From: Octopus sinensis
Taxonomy: Eukaryota
Assembly (NCBI RefSeq): GCF_006345805.1
Contig: NW_021824474.1
Span: 1 to 18,865 of the forward strand
Reading direction: 5' to 3'
Length of the DNA: 18,865 bases
Shown here piece after piece: positions 8,581-18,755 of the stretch. The notes under the pieces are model-generated. The model made no database searches. It was not told the origin of the DNA and saw nothing but the letters and a program-made list of their open reading frames with translations. Both the position numbers and the translations under genes were made by a program. How positions within the stretch are numbered: the first letter of the stretch is position 1; every line of letters begins with the position of its first letter.

Positions 8581-8796
8581 ACAAAGGGATGCTGAAAAGT
8601 TCCGAGTAGTAGGTAAAAGAAAATTCCAGAGGATCAGTAAATTATGATTATTCAACAAATTCCCCTCTCAGACTCGCATACTTATTGCAGCGACCCTAAA
8701 GTTTTCCTCAGCCTGTAGAGGAACTCGAAAGGTCGAGTTTCCAACGAGGCCTTATGTGACATCCTTATAAACAAGAACGTTTCAGCCCCTTCCTAT
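8581..8796 (-). mobile_element. Degenerate mariner-derived MITE retaining the transposase C-terminus
   Basis: Imperfect TIRs AAGGGATGCTGAAAAGTTC / GAACGTTTCAGCCCCTT. Minus-strand 8695-8648 translates as [15 protein letters not shown], which resembles the mariner C-terminal RW.KC....G.Y.E* motif. Confidence 0.75.
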
Positions 8797-8844
8797 ATAT
8801 GTATATATATATATATATATACATACATATATATATATATATAT

Positions 8845-8878
<34 letters not shown>

Positions 8879-8905
8879 ACTAATATATATATATATATAG
8901 ATATA

Positions 8906-9118
8906 TAAAATTAATCCAAACAGAAACCACAAAAAAAAAACACAACAACGCGAGGACGTGGAACAAATATAGTATTATTGGACGCTCAGGAAGAAGGAAA
9001 GAAGGAGGGCTTACCGTTCGAGCGTAGCTCTTCGTCGGAAACGTAGGAGAAGGAAAGATCCAGAGACGGGAAGACAGAGAAAAAACAATCGCCAACGGTA
9101 CACACGAGGTCACATTTA
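8906..9118 (-). mobile_element. Probable Penelope-like element terminal-repeat fragment
   Basis: About 210 bp of non-simple sequence next to (TA)n, containing a minimal hammerhead-like motif followed by an AATAAT/T-rich tract on the minus strand. Boundaries are approximate. Confidence 0.55.
9009..9042 (-). ncRNA. Degenerate minimal hammerhead-ribozyme-like motif
   Basis: Minus strand GTTT-CCGACGA-A-GAGC-TAC-GCTC-GAAC-GGTA-AGC, against the canonical stemI-CUGANGA-stemII-GAAA-C..GUH-stemI. Stem II is perfect, but the core has U4C and a damaged GAAAC. Confidence 0.5.
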
Positions 9119-9249
9119 GAAATAAAACACCTTTTATCAATTCAATAACGAAAAAATTAATTATACATTTAGAAAAATTACATATAGCATGATTAATATA
9201 AGATAAAACATATGACAATGATTAAGTAATGTGCAAAATAATAAATAAA

Positions 9250-9535
9250 ACATATATATCTTATTATTATATTATATATAATATATATATAATATATATA
9301 TATATTATATATTATATATATTATATATATTATATATAATATATATATATATTATAATATATATATATTATATATATATTATATAATTATATACCACACA
9401 CACACACATATATATATATATTATATATATATATATTATATAAATATATATATATATATAATATATATAATTATATATAATATATATTATATATATATAA
9501 TATATATATATTATATATTATATAATTATATATAT

Positions 9536-9582
<47 letters not shown>

Positions 9583-9607
9583 ATATATTATATATATATA
9601 TATATAT
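9250..9607. repeat. Long (TA)n-rich tract with two (CA)n runs
   Basis: Directly visible. Confidence 0.96.
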
Positions 9608-9780
9608 AAAGAACTAGGAATATTTTACTTATATTATTATATTATATATTGATCATTCATTTTATACTTTTTGAAATCTAGTTATAAGTTATATGTTTTA
9701 TAAATATATACTATTTGTTAGCTATGTATTGGTCTATGTCTATCACTGTTTGAGTTGCAAAATTGTAGTTTTATCTCTAA

Positions 9781-9828
<48 letters not shown>

Positions 9829-10340
9829 TACACATTTATGTATATATATACGTGTTTGTGTGTGCGTGTGTGTCACACTGTCGGATGTTGTAATACATGG
9901 CTCATTACAAAACACGTTGCACCCCGCTGGTTATGACCAGGCGTTATTTTAATGTTCTGTCGTTGTTGGAACTGCAACCAATATTCACATCACCGTCTGT
10001 GTTTGTGATTCCAGTCCATTCCAAATGCTTTGTTCTGTTAACGTCTATGGATTGGCCGTGCACAAAGACAATCCGAGGAAAGAGTCTTACGTTATCGTCT
10101 TAAAGTGGGAGGACATTTTAGACAATATGATCAGGGTTAGGTTTTCTATCAAGAGTAATACGGGTCGTTCAGTTTGGAATGCCATTAATAGGTTTGCTCC
10201 ATCGAAGCTGATTCGATTGAAAATAGAAAGGAAGCGACAACAACAGCAATAACAACATCAACATCAGATTTACAAAGAATATAGCATCAGAGGTTTTCCT
10301 TCCTAAAAGGCTATATATTACAAGACATCTGCTGTACCAA

Positions 10341-10555
10341 TATTGGTTCCAAATTTTGGCTCAAGGCCAACAATTCTGGGATGGGGTTAAGTCAATTACT
10401 CAGATCTCTGCGATTAACTGGTTCTGTATTTTATCGACTCCGAAAGGACGAACAGCAAAGGCGACCCCAGCGGATTGAACTTAGAACGTAAAGATTAACG
10501 AAGTCAGCTAAGCGTTTGACTCGACGTGTTAAAGATTCTACAAGTCTATCGCCTT
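10341..10555 (-). mobile_element. SINE family A monomer (tail type 1), old, with 19-bp TSD
   Basis: Diverged head-body-tail. TSD atctgctgtaccaatattg (10327-10345) / atctgcagcaccaatattg (10556-10574), 17 of 19 identical. Confidence 0.85.
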
Positions 10556-11013
10556 ATCTGCAGCACCAATATTGTTAAGAATATTTAAGACAGCTGAATT
10601 ACAGAAGATGTTCCATTGATGTTAAGAAATTAGCAAGATTCTTTTGACAATTAAAATCTTCAAAAGAACTAGGAATATTTTACCAATTCTCCCTCAGAAG
10701 AAAAAGAAAATGATTGAGATTTTTAAATGATTCCAAACTATCATAGAATGACGTATGACGCTTGACTCGGAATGTTAAGGATTCTGCTATTTTGTCATCT
10801 TGTCTGCAGTACCAATATTGTTAAGAATATGTGAGACACTTAGCTGAATTACAGAAGAGGTATGTTCCACTGATATTAAGAAATTAGCTAGATTTTACCA
10901 TTAGTTGAAATCTTTAAAAGAACTAGGAATATTTTACCAATTCTACCTCAGAAAAAAAAGAAAATGATTGAGAAGGTTTAAGATGATTCCAAACTATCTT
11001 AGAATGACGTATG
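10513..11013. repeat. Old tandem duplication of about 250 bp (10513-10758 and 10759-11013)
   Basis: Colinear blocks such as ACCAATATTGTTAAGAATAT, AAAAGAACTAGGAATATTTTACCAATTCT and ATGATTCCAAACTATC occur in both units. Confidence 0.9.
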
Positions 11014-11537
11014 GCCTCACCCAAGGAAGTATCTGTTAAATAAAATCTAAAACGCTTAATCAAATGTTTAAAAGTGAAAGGAGCACTATCATCTTTCAAG
11101 TGTGGAATTAATTCCTCAAGAAGCATACGACCTCAGACCTATCAGACAGATCTACGCCTCTGGAAGCGAAACCAACCAAAAAGCAAAAGGTTATGGTATT
11201 GGTATTTTAAGCATAAGGTTTAGTATATGATGGCGACGTTTAGAGAGAGAGTGTAGTTTGCTTTTGACTCGTCACTGCTACGTCAGGTTGTACTTTGGTA
11301 ATGCATGAGTGAGATAAAGCTATAAAAAAACAATACCGATGTACAGAAGTGATAGTGAAACAGCTAAGCCCCCAAGGTGCCACCGAAAATGTCAATTGTA
11401 TCAGATATCCGCTGAAAATATTCCACATAAATTTCAGCTGCCCCCCGAAAATGTCACATACAGCATTACTTTTCTATACAGCTTAATGTTATTATTAAAT
11501 AATATACAATACCATTGTTAGGATGGACTAACAGAAA

Positions 11538-11566
11538 ACAACAACAAGAACAACAACAACAACAAC

Positions 11567-11609
<43 letters not shown>

Positions 11610-11684
11610 GTAATAATAATAATAATAATAATAATATAATGATAATAATAATAATAACAATAATAATAATAATAGTAATAATAA

Positions 11685-11727
<43 letters not shown>

Positions 11728-11730
11728 AAA

Positions 11731-11774
<44 letters not shown>

Positions 11775-11794
11775 GTAGTAGTAGCAGTAGTAGC

Positions 11795-11851
<57 letters not shown>
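11538..11851. repeat. Compound (CAA)n-(TAA)n-(TAG)n microsatellite
   Basis: Directly visible. Confidence 0.97.
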
Positions 11852-11853
<2 letters not shown>

Positions 11854-12149
11854 GGGGGGCGTTAAGTACATTCACGCATTTCATTGCCAGGAATATTTGT
11901 GGAATACATTACCATTAAAACTTTTCGGACTAATGTAACCGGATCATGCTTGGCATAGTTGTCTGCGAGTGAAGTGTAAGAACCGTGTACTCCAAGAAGA
12001 GGTCAGAATGCCGACGACGCGTTTAGAATGGTTTATTAAAAATCGATGTTAAGATGAACATCTGTGAACAACAAATCTCACACGAAACTCGATATTTATT
12101 AAACAGTTGATAATTAACTATTTAAATAAGTGTTTTAAACATTTTTGAA

Positions 12150-12370
12150 TATTGGTTTCAAATTTTGACACAAGGCCAGTAATTTCGGGGTTGGGGGTTC
12201 TTAAGTCGATTACATCAACCCCAGCACAAAACTGGTACTTATTTTATCGAGCCCAAAATAATGAAAGGCAATGTCGACCTCGGGAACATATGAACTCAGA
12301 ACGTAAAGACGGACGAAATGCTGCTAAACATTTTGTCCGGAGCGCTAAAAAGTCTTCCAGCGCGGCGCCT
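12150..12370 (-). mobile_element. SINE family A monomer (tail type 1) with 18-19-bp TSD
   Basis: Full-length match. TSD taaacatttttgaatattg (12136-12154) / taaacgtttggaatattg (12371-12388). Confidence 0.88.
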
Positions 12371-12399
12371 TAAACGTTTGGAATATTGTGTTACTTATT

Positions 12400-12560
12400 C
12401 GCTGTTTCAGTCAGTGGACTGCGGCCATGCTGGGGCACTGTTTTGAAGGAAGGAATTCGAGTAAGTTGTATCAACTTCAGTATTAATTTTAAAGCCCGCT
12501 GTGTATTTTATTGGATTCTGTGTGGGAACTCGAAGTGACATAAAAACACAAACCACGGTT
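12400..12560 (-). mobile_element. Degenerate 3' module of SINE family C
   Basis: TGTTTCAGTCAGTGGACTGCGGCCATGCTGGGGCAC is a near reverse complement of 13440-13475. Confidence 0.75.
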
Positions 12561-12585
12561 TTTAACACGATCTCAACATATACGT

Positions 12586-12990
12586 ATGTATATATGCATA
12601 AATATATATATATATAATTTATATTATGTATATATATTGTATATATTCATATATATATATGTGTATATATTCATATTATATATATGTGTATATATATATT
12701 ATATATATATATATGTATATATATTATATATTATATGTATGTATGTATATATATATATATATATTATATATATATATATACAGTATATGTATATATACGT
12801 ATACATATACACATATATATACATGCATATATAATATATATCACGCACACACACACGCACTTATACACACATACATATACCAAAAGTGTCCGACGAACGG
12901 GAATGTGGAACTTTGAGTAAAAGTTTTGTGATATCTTTGCAGCTTTATTAATATATATGTATAAAATATATATATATATACATACTATAT

Positions 12991-13044
<54 letters not shown>

Positions 13045-13090
13045 CATATATATATTTGTATATATACATACATATATATATTTATATATA
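12586..13090. repeat. (TA)n/(CA)n-rich low-complexity tracts with a short unique insert (about 12880-12950)
   Basis: Directly visible. Confidence 0.93.
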
Positions 13091-13496
13091 GTGGCGTGTG
13101 GTAAGTAGCTTGTTTACCAACCACATGGTTCTGGGTTCAGTCCCACTGCATGGCACCTTGGGCAAGTTTCTTCTACTATAGCCTCGGGCCGACCAAAGCC
13201 TTGTGAGTGGATTTGGTAGACGGAAACTGAAAGAAGCCCGTCATATATATGTATATATATATATATGTGTGCGTGTGTGTGTTTGTGTGTCTGTGTTTGT
13301 CCCCCTAACATTGCTTGACAACCGATGCTGGTGTGCTTATGTCCCCGTTACCTAGCGGTTCGGCAAAAGAGACCGATAGAATAAGTACTGGGCTTACTAA
13401 AAGAATAAGTCCCGGGGTCGAGTTGCTCGATTAAAGGCGGTGCTCCAGCATGGCCGCAGTCAAATGACTGAAACAAGTAAAAGAGAGTAAAAGAGT
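13091..13496 (+). mobile_element. Bipartite tRNA-derived CORE-SINE, family C (resembles the octopus OR-type SINEs)
   Basis: Head GTGGC..TGTGGTAAG...GGGTTCAGTCCC, CORE-like GGCACCTTGGGCAAGT, then CCTTGTGAGTGGATTTGGTAGACGGAAACTGAAAGAAGCCCGTC, an internal (TA)n(TG)n at 13243-13295, and a second module ending in AGTAAAAGAG tandem repeats. Confidence 0.88.
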
Positions 13497-13679
13497 ATAT
13501 ATATATACATACATATATATATATACATAGGTGTATATATATGTGTGTGTGTGTGTATGCATGTATGTATTTATACACACACATCCATATATGAGTGCAT
13601 GCATTTATGTAAATACACACATATTTATATATGAATATGTATGTGATGAATGTATGCATGTATATATATATGTATGGAA

Positions 13680-13900
13680 AGGCACGGGACACAATAATTA
13701 AGGCTTTAGTTTCACGATCACAAGATCGAGGGTTCGGTTGCTAGACATGGCAGTGCGTTGCGTCCTTAAGCAAGGCATTTTATTTTATGTTGCACTCTAC
13801 TACTTAGCCGAAAATGTGTACCAGGCAAGAACTGGTGTTGCCCTCTCTCGCTTTCCAAATGTCATATCCTGAATGGTCCAATAGGTCACAGTTGGCGGGG
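13680..13900 (+). mobile_element. Degenerate family B-related SINE
   Basis: TCACGATC...GGGTTCGGTTGC...TGCGTCCTTAAGCAAGGCATTTTATTTTATGTTGC...CTTAGCCGAAAATG, colinear with 5880-6205 and 1990-2255. Confidence 0.6.
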
Positions 13901-14013
13901 GTGGAAAGATTCGAAAGTAACGACATAAACATTTGAAAATAAATAGCGAAATTAATTTCTCTCGGGAGTGACGGTTAAGAATCTTCACATACAACGGATT
14001 CTACACCATTTCC

Positions 14014-14245
14014 TATTTCTTTATTGCCCACAAGGGGCTAAACATAGAGGGGACGAAGAAGGACAGACAAACGGATTAAGTCGATTACATCGACCCCAGT
14101 GCGTAAATGGTACTTAATTTATCGACACTGAAAGGATGAAAGGCAAAGTCGACCTCGGCGGAATTTGAACTCAGAACGTAACGGCAGACGAAATACTGCT
14201 AAGCATTTCGCTCGGCGTGCTAACGCTTCTGCCAGGTCGCCGCCT
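14014..14245 (-). mobile_element. SINE family A monomer (tail type 2), young, nested at the end of an old family C copy
   Basis: Close match to the other young copies. Flanked by gattctacaccatttcc (13997-14013) / gattctacacagtttcc (14251-14267). Confidence 0.9.
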
Positions 14246-14249
14246 ACAT

Positions 14250-14368
14250 AGATTCTACACAGTTTCCTTCAACTAATTTGTCTGAAGCCATAGTAGAAAA
14301 ACTTGCCCAAGAAGCCGTGCTGCATCACTCAACCCGAAACTACAGATTTACTAAACGACAGCCGCAAC
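14250..14368 (-). mobile_element. Degenerate 5' module of SINE family C
   Basis: CAGTTTCC...GCCATAGTAGAAAAACTTGCCCAAG...AACCCGAAAC is the diverged reverse complement of 13125-13235. Confidence 0.65.
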
Positions 14369-14694
14369 CCCGGAATCATGTCTTCATCTAAATACATAAC
14401 CTAGCCTTGTTCAAAGGGGAAAAATCACCCAACATGTTCTCTGCAGGACCATGATGTAAGCGAAACCGTGATAATATGTGAGATTTTTCTCAATTTTAAC
14501 GTCTAACTTTATGTATTATCTAAGTTCTTGAGAGGAAATTTGCTTTGTTTTGTTCTGGTTTTTAGTCAGGAAAAAAAACTTGTCTCCATTTAATGGATCC
14601 AAACATATGTTGGTATTTATGCCGTGTGTGTGTGAGAGCGAGAGTGCGTGAGTGTATAGGTGTTATTTGTACATAAGTTTAAAATATATCAATT

Positions 14695-14735
<41 letters not shown>

Positions 14736-14918
14736 CACATATGCAGTTATTTACACACAGACATACATACACGTACAGGCACACACACACACATATAGTA
14801 TAATATGTGATGTAACCTATAGATATACACACCTACGTATATGTATGTATTCATACATACATATGTCCATATATTATATATATATGCATATATCATATAA
14901 GTATGGGTATATATATGT

Positions 14919-14951
<33 letters not shown>

Positions 14952-14989
14952 ATATACTTATATATATATTATATATATACATTACATAT

Positions 14990-15076
<87 letters not shown>

Positions 15077-15100
15077 ACAATATACACATAACATACACGT
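14695..15100. repeat. (TA)n/(CA)n-rich low-complexity tract
   Basis: Directly visible. Confidence 0.93.
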
Positions 15101-15482
15101 AAACAGGCACACATTTATATACCCGTGCGTGTCTGTGTATATTTATGTGGACAGATGTAAACGGGACGAATATTATATGGTTATAAAAACCTGTTGCTTA
15201 TGAATAGACAAAAAATGCTCTTTTATTAATGTACACAGGGAAATTTCGATGTAAACATTCTTTCTTTTTTTTTTTTTTGTTTTATCTACCATGTTGTTTT
15301 TCTTTTTCTTTTTACAAATGGCAACCACAGGAAATACCAATTCCCTAAATATGTCCACAGTTTTGTTATTTAATAGGCATTTTGTTTTGGGACATACAAA
15401 TAAATTTTTCATTTTCTCTAACGTTTAAGAGTGCCAACCATAACGAGCGGTCTTCACGTTGTTTTTCATTAAGTTTACATTA

Positions 15483-15493
15483 ATCATCATCAC

Positions 15494-15556
<63 letters not shown>

Positions 15557-15877
15557 CATCGTTGCTGTTTTTCCTATCATCCTGCCATTAACTAGGGACC
15601 TATATGTTTCTGGTAGACATTTTTTTTTTACAGAAGTGATACGCTACCTCCACTACTGATCTTTAAATTCACACTTCTCTGCGCTATACAATCCTCAGCA
15701 GTGTGACCAAGCTACACACACATACACACACGCATACACACACACACACACACACACATACACACACACACACACACACGCGCACACACACACATATGGT
15801 TACTATGAATGACCGCAAATGAAGCCACTAATGTTTTAGGTAGTATTGTTCTTTTGTTATTAACCATTATATTATTA

Positions 15878-15942
<65 letters not shown>
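15483..15942. repeat. Three microsatellites: (CAT)n(TAT)n 15483-15560, (CA)n 15714-15794, (TAT)n 15866-15942
   Basis: Directly visible; separated by short unique spacers. Confidence 0.93.
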
Positions 15943-16140
15943 GTCTTCTCTATGTATTTGTGTTTGGTTTGTTGCCAAAAAACTAAGTCATCCTTTATCA
16001 ATCATACATCACATTTGTTCTTCTACACAAATAAAATGCTAAAGTCTTCGATTATATTCTAGAAAAGTCTGCCACAAACGGCTGGGGACAATTTCGTTTC
16101 CCCCGTTGTAGAATATTTGGAAAGGGTAAAAAGAAAACAG

Positions 16141-16400
16141 CTACAACAACCACGATAACAACAGCAACAACAACAATACCAGCAGTGATAGGGACATTAA
16201 ACAAGCGCTACCAAAATAAGAACAGCAGCAACAACAACAACAACAATGAAAAGAACAGCAAAAGCGACAGCTACAACAACAACAACGATATCGAGGACTA
16301 ACTAAAAGAATATAACAAACAAAAATAATACAAAGGGTAAAAAAAAACATGGCGACAACAACAACAATGCCAACAACAAAAAGCAACAAAGATAAATAAG
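16141..16400. repeat. Degenerate (CAA)n-rich tract
   Basis: Directly visible. Confidence 0.85.
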
Positions 16401-16557
16401 AGAGAGAGCCACAACAATATTAATGCTTAATGTAAGCTTTTCCACCTTATTTGGAATTTGTTACACCTCTGAGGATTATTTTTGGCGAAATTAAATGTTA
16501 CAACAGTTTGTTACCGAAAAACTCTGGCTCACGTTATTGTTATCATTAGTTAGAAAC

Positions 16558-16589
16558 GATTATTATTATTATCATCATTGTTATTACTC

Positions 16590-16655
<66 letters not shown>

Positions 16656-16710
16656 TATCATTTTCTACTGTTATTGTTATTATTATTATATCATTATTAT
16701 TATTATTATA

Positions 16711-16757
<47 letters not shown>

Positions 16758-17522
16758 CATGTTATTACTGTTAGTGTTATTATTATTATTATCATTATTA
16801 TTATTATTATTATTATTTATTATTATTATTGTATATTATTATTATAATCAATGTTATTATTATTATTATATTATTAATTATTATTATTGATTATTATTAT
16901 GATTATTATTATTGTTGTTGTTGTTGTCGTTGGTGGTGGTGCTGGCGTCATTCCTGTTTTTACTCTTCTTCATCGTCTTCTTCTTCTTCTCATTATTATT
17001 ATTATTATTATTACTATTATTACTATTATTATTATCATTGTTATTATTATGATTATTATTATTATTATCATTATTATTACATTTGTTATTGCTGTTGTTG
17101 TTGGTGGTGGTGGTAGTGGTGTTTGTCGTGTCGTTGTTGTTGTTAATGTTGTTATTTATTAGAAATAATAACCACCATCATCATCATTAACATCATCCTC
17201 ATCGTCATTCCCATCAACTTATTTTACTTCATTTAAACCACCCATTGTTTTATATTTCGTTATTGTACTCATCCCTAAACTTTAGGGCACCTGTGATGAG
17301 TAAAGACTATTATTATTATTATTATCAGTAGTACTATTAGTAGTAGTAGTATCTTATTGTTATTATTATTAGTAGTAGTAGTAGCAGCAGCTGTAGTAGT
17401 AGTAGTATACTATTTTGCAATACTACAAAACCACAACTATCATATATATATTGTCGTGGTTGTTTTTGTTGTAGTCATTATTATTACTATTATTATCATT
17501 ATTATTATTATTATTATTATTA

Positions 17523-17568
<46 letters not shown>

Positions 17569-17575
17569 TTTATTA

Positions 17576-17608
<33 letters not shown>

Positions 17609-17724
17609 CATTCATCATCATCATCATTATTATATTATTATTATTATTTTTATTATTATTATTATTATTATTATTAGCATTATTATTATTATTATTATTA
17701 TCATCATTATTTTTATTATTATTA

Positions 17725-17784
<60 letters not shown>

Positions 17785-17814
17785 GCATTATTATTATTAT
17801 TACTATTATTATTA
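16558..17814. repeat. About 1.25 kb of compound trinucleotide repeats, mostly (TAT)n with TGT/TGG/TCT/CAT/TAG runs
   Basis: Directly visible, with a short unique spacer at about 17220-17305. Confidence 0.95.
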
Positions 17815-18200
17815 TGCTTCCAACCGTTTTATGTAGCTTTGTATAACGTTCCCATAAGACACACCTCCATATTCCGGAAGTGTTGTTGTTGCTGTTGCAA
17901 TGTCTTTCGGGAAATGTGGATTTATATTTATTCCACGCTGCATCACTTTCGCATTGTTCAGGGATTCAGTTTGTCGGTTCAGATGTTATTTTAAACGTCT
18001 CATCGATTTCATTCAGACCATGTGTGATGTAATTTTGTTGTATGTAATTTTGTTGTTGTATGTGTTGTGTGGTTGATGTTGTGTGTTGTAATGAAGCGGG
18101 TAGATCAGAGAAGTGTATTTGTTGTGTGGGTTTGTGTCATAGCAGCATGTGGAAGGGTGACTTGTTGGTGTTGTGATGTTCAGAAAAGGGAGCGTGTTGT
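17815..18200 (-). mobile_element. Possible decayed 3' end of a non-LTR retrotransposon
   Basis: The minus strand ends ...GGTTGGAAGCA directly into (TAA)n and contains AATCCCTGAACAATGCGAAAGTGATGCAGCGTGGAATAA, recalled as a recurrent octopus repeat. Single copy here; unverified. Confidence 0.4.
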
Positions 18201-18203
18201 ATA

Positions 18204-18599
18204 TATTTCTCTACTATCCACAAGGGGCTAAACACAGAGGGGACAAACAAGGACAGACAAACGGATTAAGTCGATTACATCGACCCCAGTGCGTAACTGG
18301 TATTTATTTCATCGACCCCGAAAGGAGGAAAAGCAAAGTCGACCTCGGCGGAACGTAACGGCAGATGAAATACCTATTTTTTACTACCCACAAGGGGTTA
18401 AACATAGAGGGGACAAACAAGGACAGACGAACGGATTAAGTCGATTACATCGACCCCGGTGCGTAACTGGTACTTAATATATCGACCCCGAAAGGATGAA
18501 AAGCAAAGTCGACCTCGGCGGAATTTGAACTCAGAACGTAGCGGTAGATGAAATACGGTTACACATTTCGCCCGGCGTGCTAACGTTTCTGCCAGCTCG
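18204..18599 (-). mobile_element. SINE family A, dimer 3 (both monomers with tail type 2)
   Basis: Junction GAAATACC|TATTT at 18374/18375. The left monomer lacks 13 nt (TTTGAACTCAGAA) that include most of the B box. Confidence 0.9.
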
Positions 18600-18614
18600 T
18601 GGTTTGTGCTGTAG

Positions 18615-18691
18615 GAAGGCGCGTGGCTTAGTGGTTAGGGTATTCGGCTCACGATCGTGAGAACATGAGTTCGATTCCCGGCGGTTCGTTG
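18615..18691 (+). mobile_element. Isolated tRNA-like head of a family B SINE
   Basis: TGGCTTAGTGG (A box), CTCACGA loop, GAGTTCGATTCCC (B box). The T and acceptor stems do not pair, so this is not a tRNA gene. Confidence 0.75.
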
Positions 18692-18696
18692 AGTAT

Positions 18697-18755
18697 GACG
18701 AAATACCGCTAAGCATTCCGTCCGGCGTGCTAACGTTTCTGCCAACTCGCCGCCT
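18697..18755 (-). mobile_element. 5' head fragment of SINE family A
   Basis: GACGAAATACCGCTAAGCATTCCGTCCGGCGTGCTAACGTTTCTGCCAACTCGCCGCCT matches the heads of the other A copies. Confidence 0.85.

Noticed and set aside
11891-12062. Exon candidates from acceptor-like sites (plus TTGCCAG at 11890; minus TTCACAG near 12062)
   Set aside because: All three frames stop within about 25 codons on each strand; only a non-coding exon remains possible, and nothing supports it.
12886-12925. Second CCGACGA motif in a short insert between TA tracts
   Set aside because: No convincing stem II or GAAA box follows; at most an unrecognisable relic.
15095-15410. Forkhead-like GTAAACA sites as an enhancer
   Set aside because: Expected by chance in AT-rich DNA; no conservation data are available.
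3606-17677. Many ORFs rich in poly-I/Y/L/N/S or (IY)n/(CV)n
   Set aside because: They are translations of tri- and dinucleotide microsatellites, with no coding evidence.
18618-18690. Possible tRNA-Val(CAC) gene; similarly 6135-6200 (TAC)
   Set aside because: A and B boxes are present, but the acceptor and T stems do not pair and there is no oligo-T terminator; these are SINE heads.
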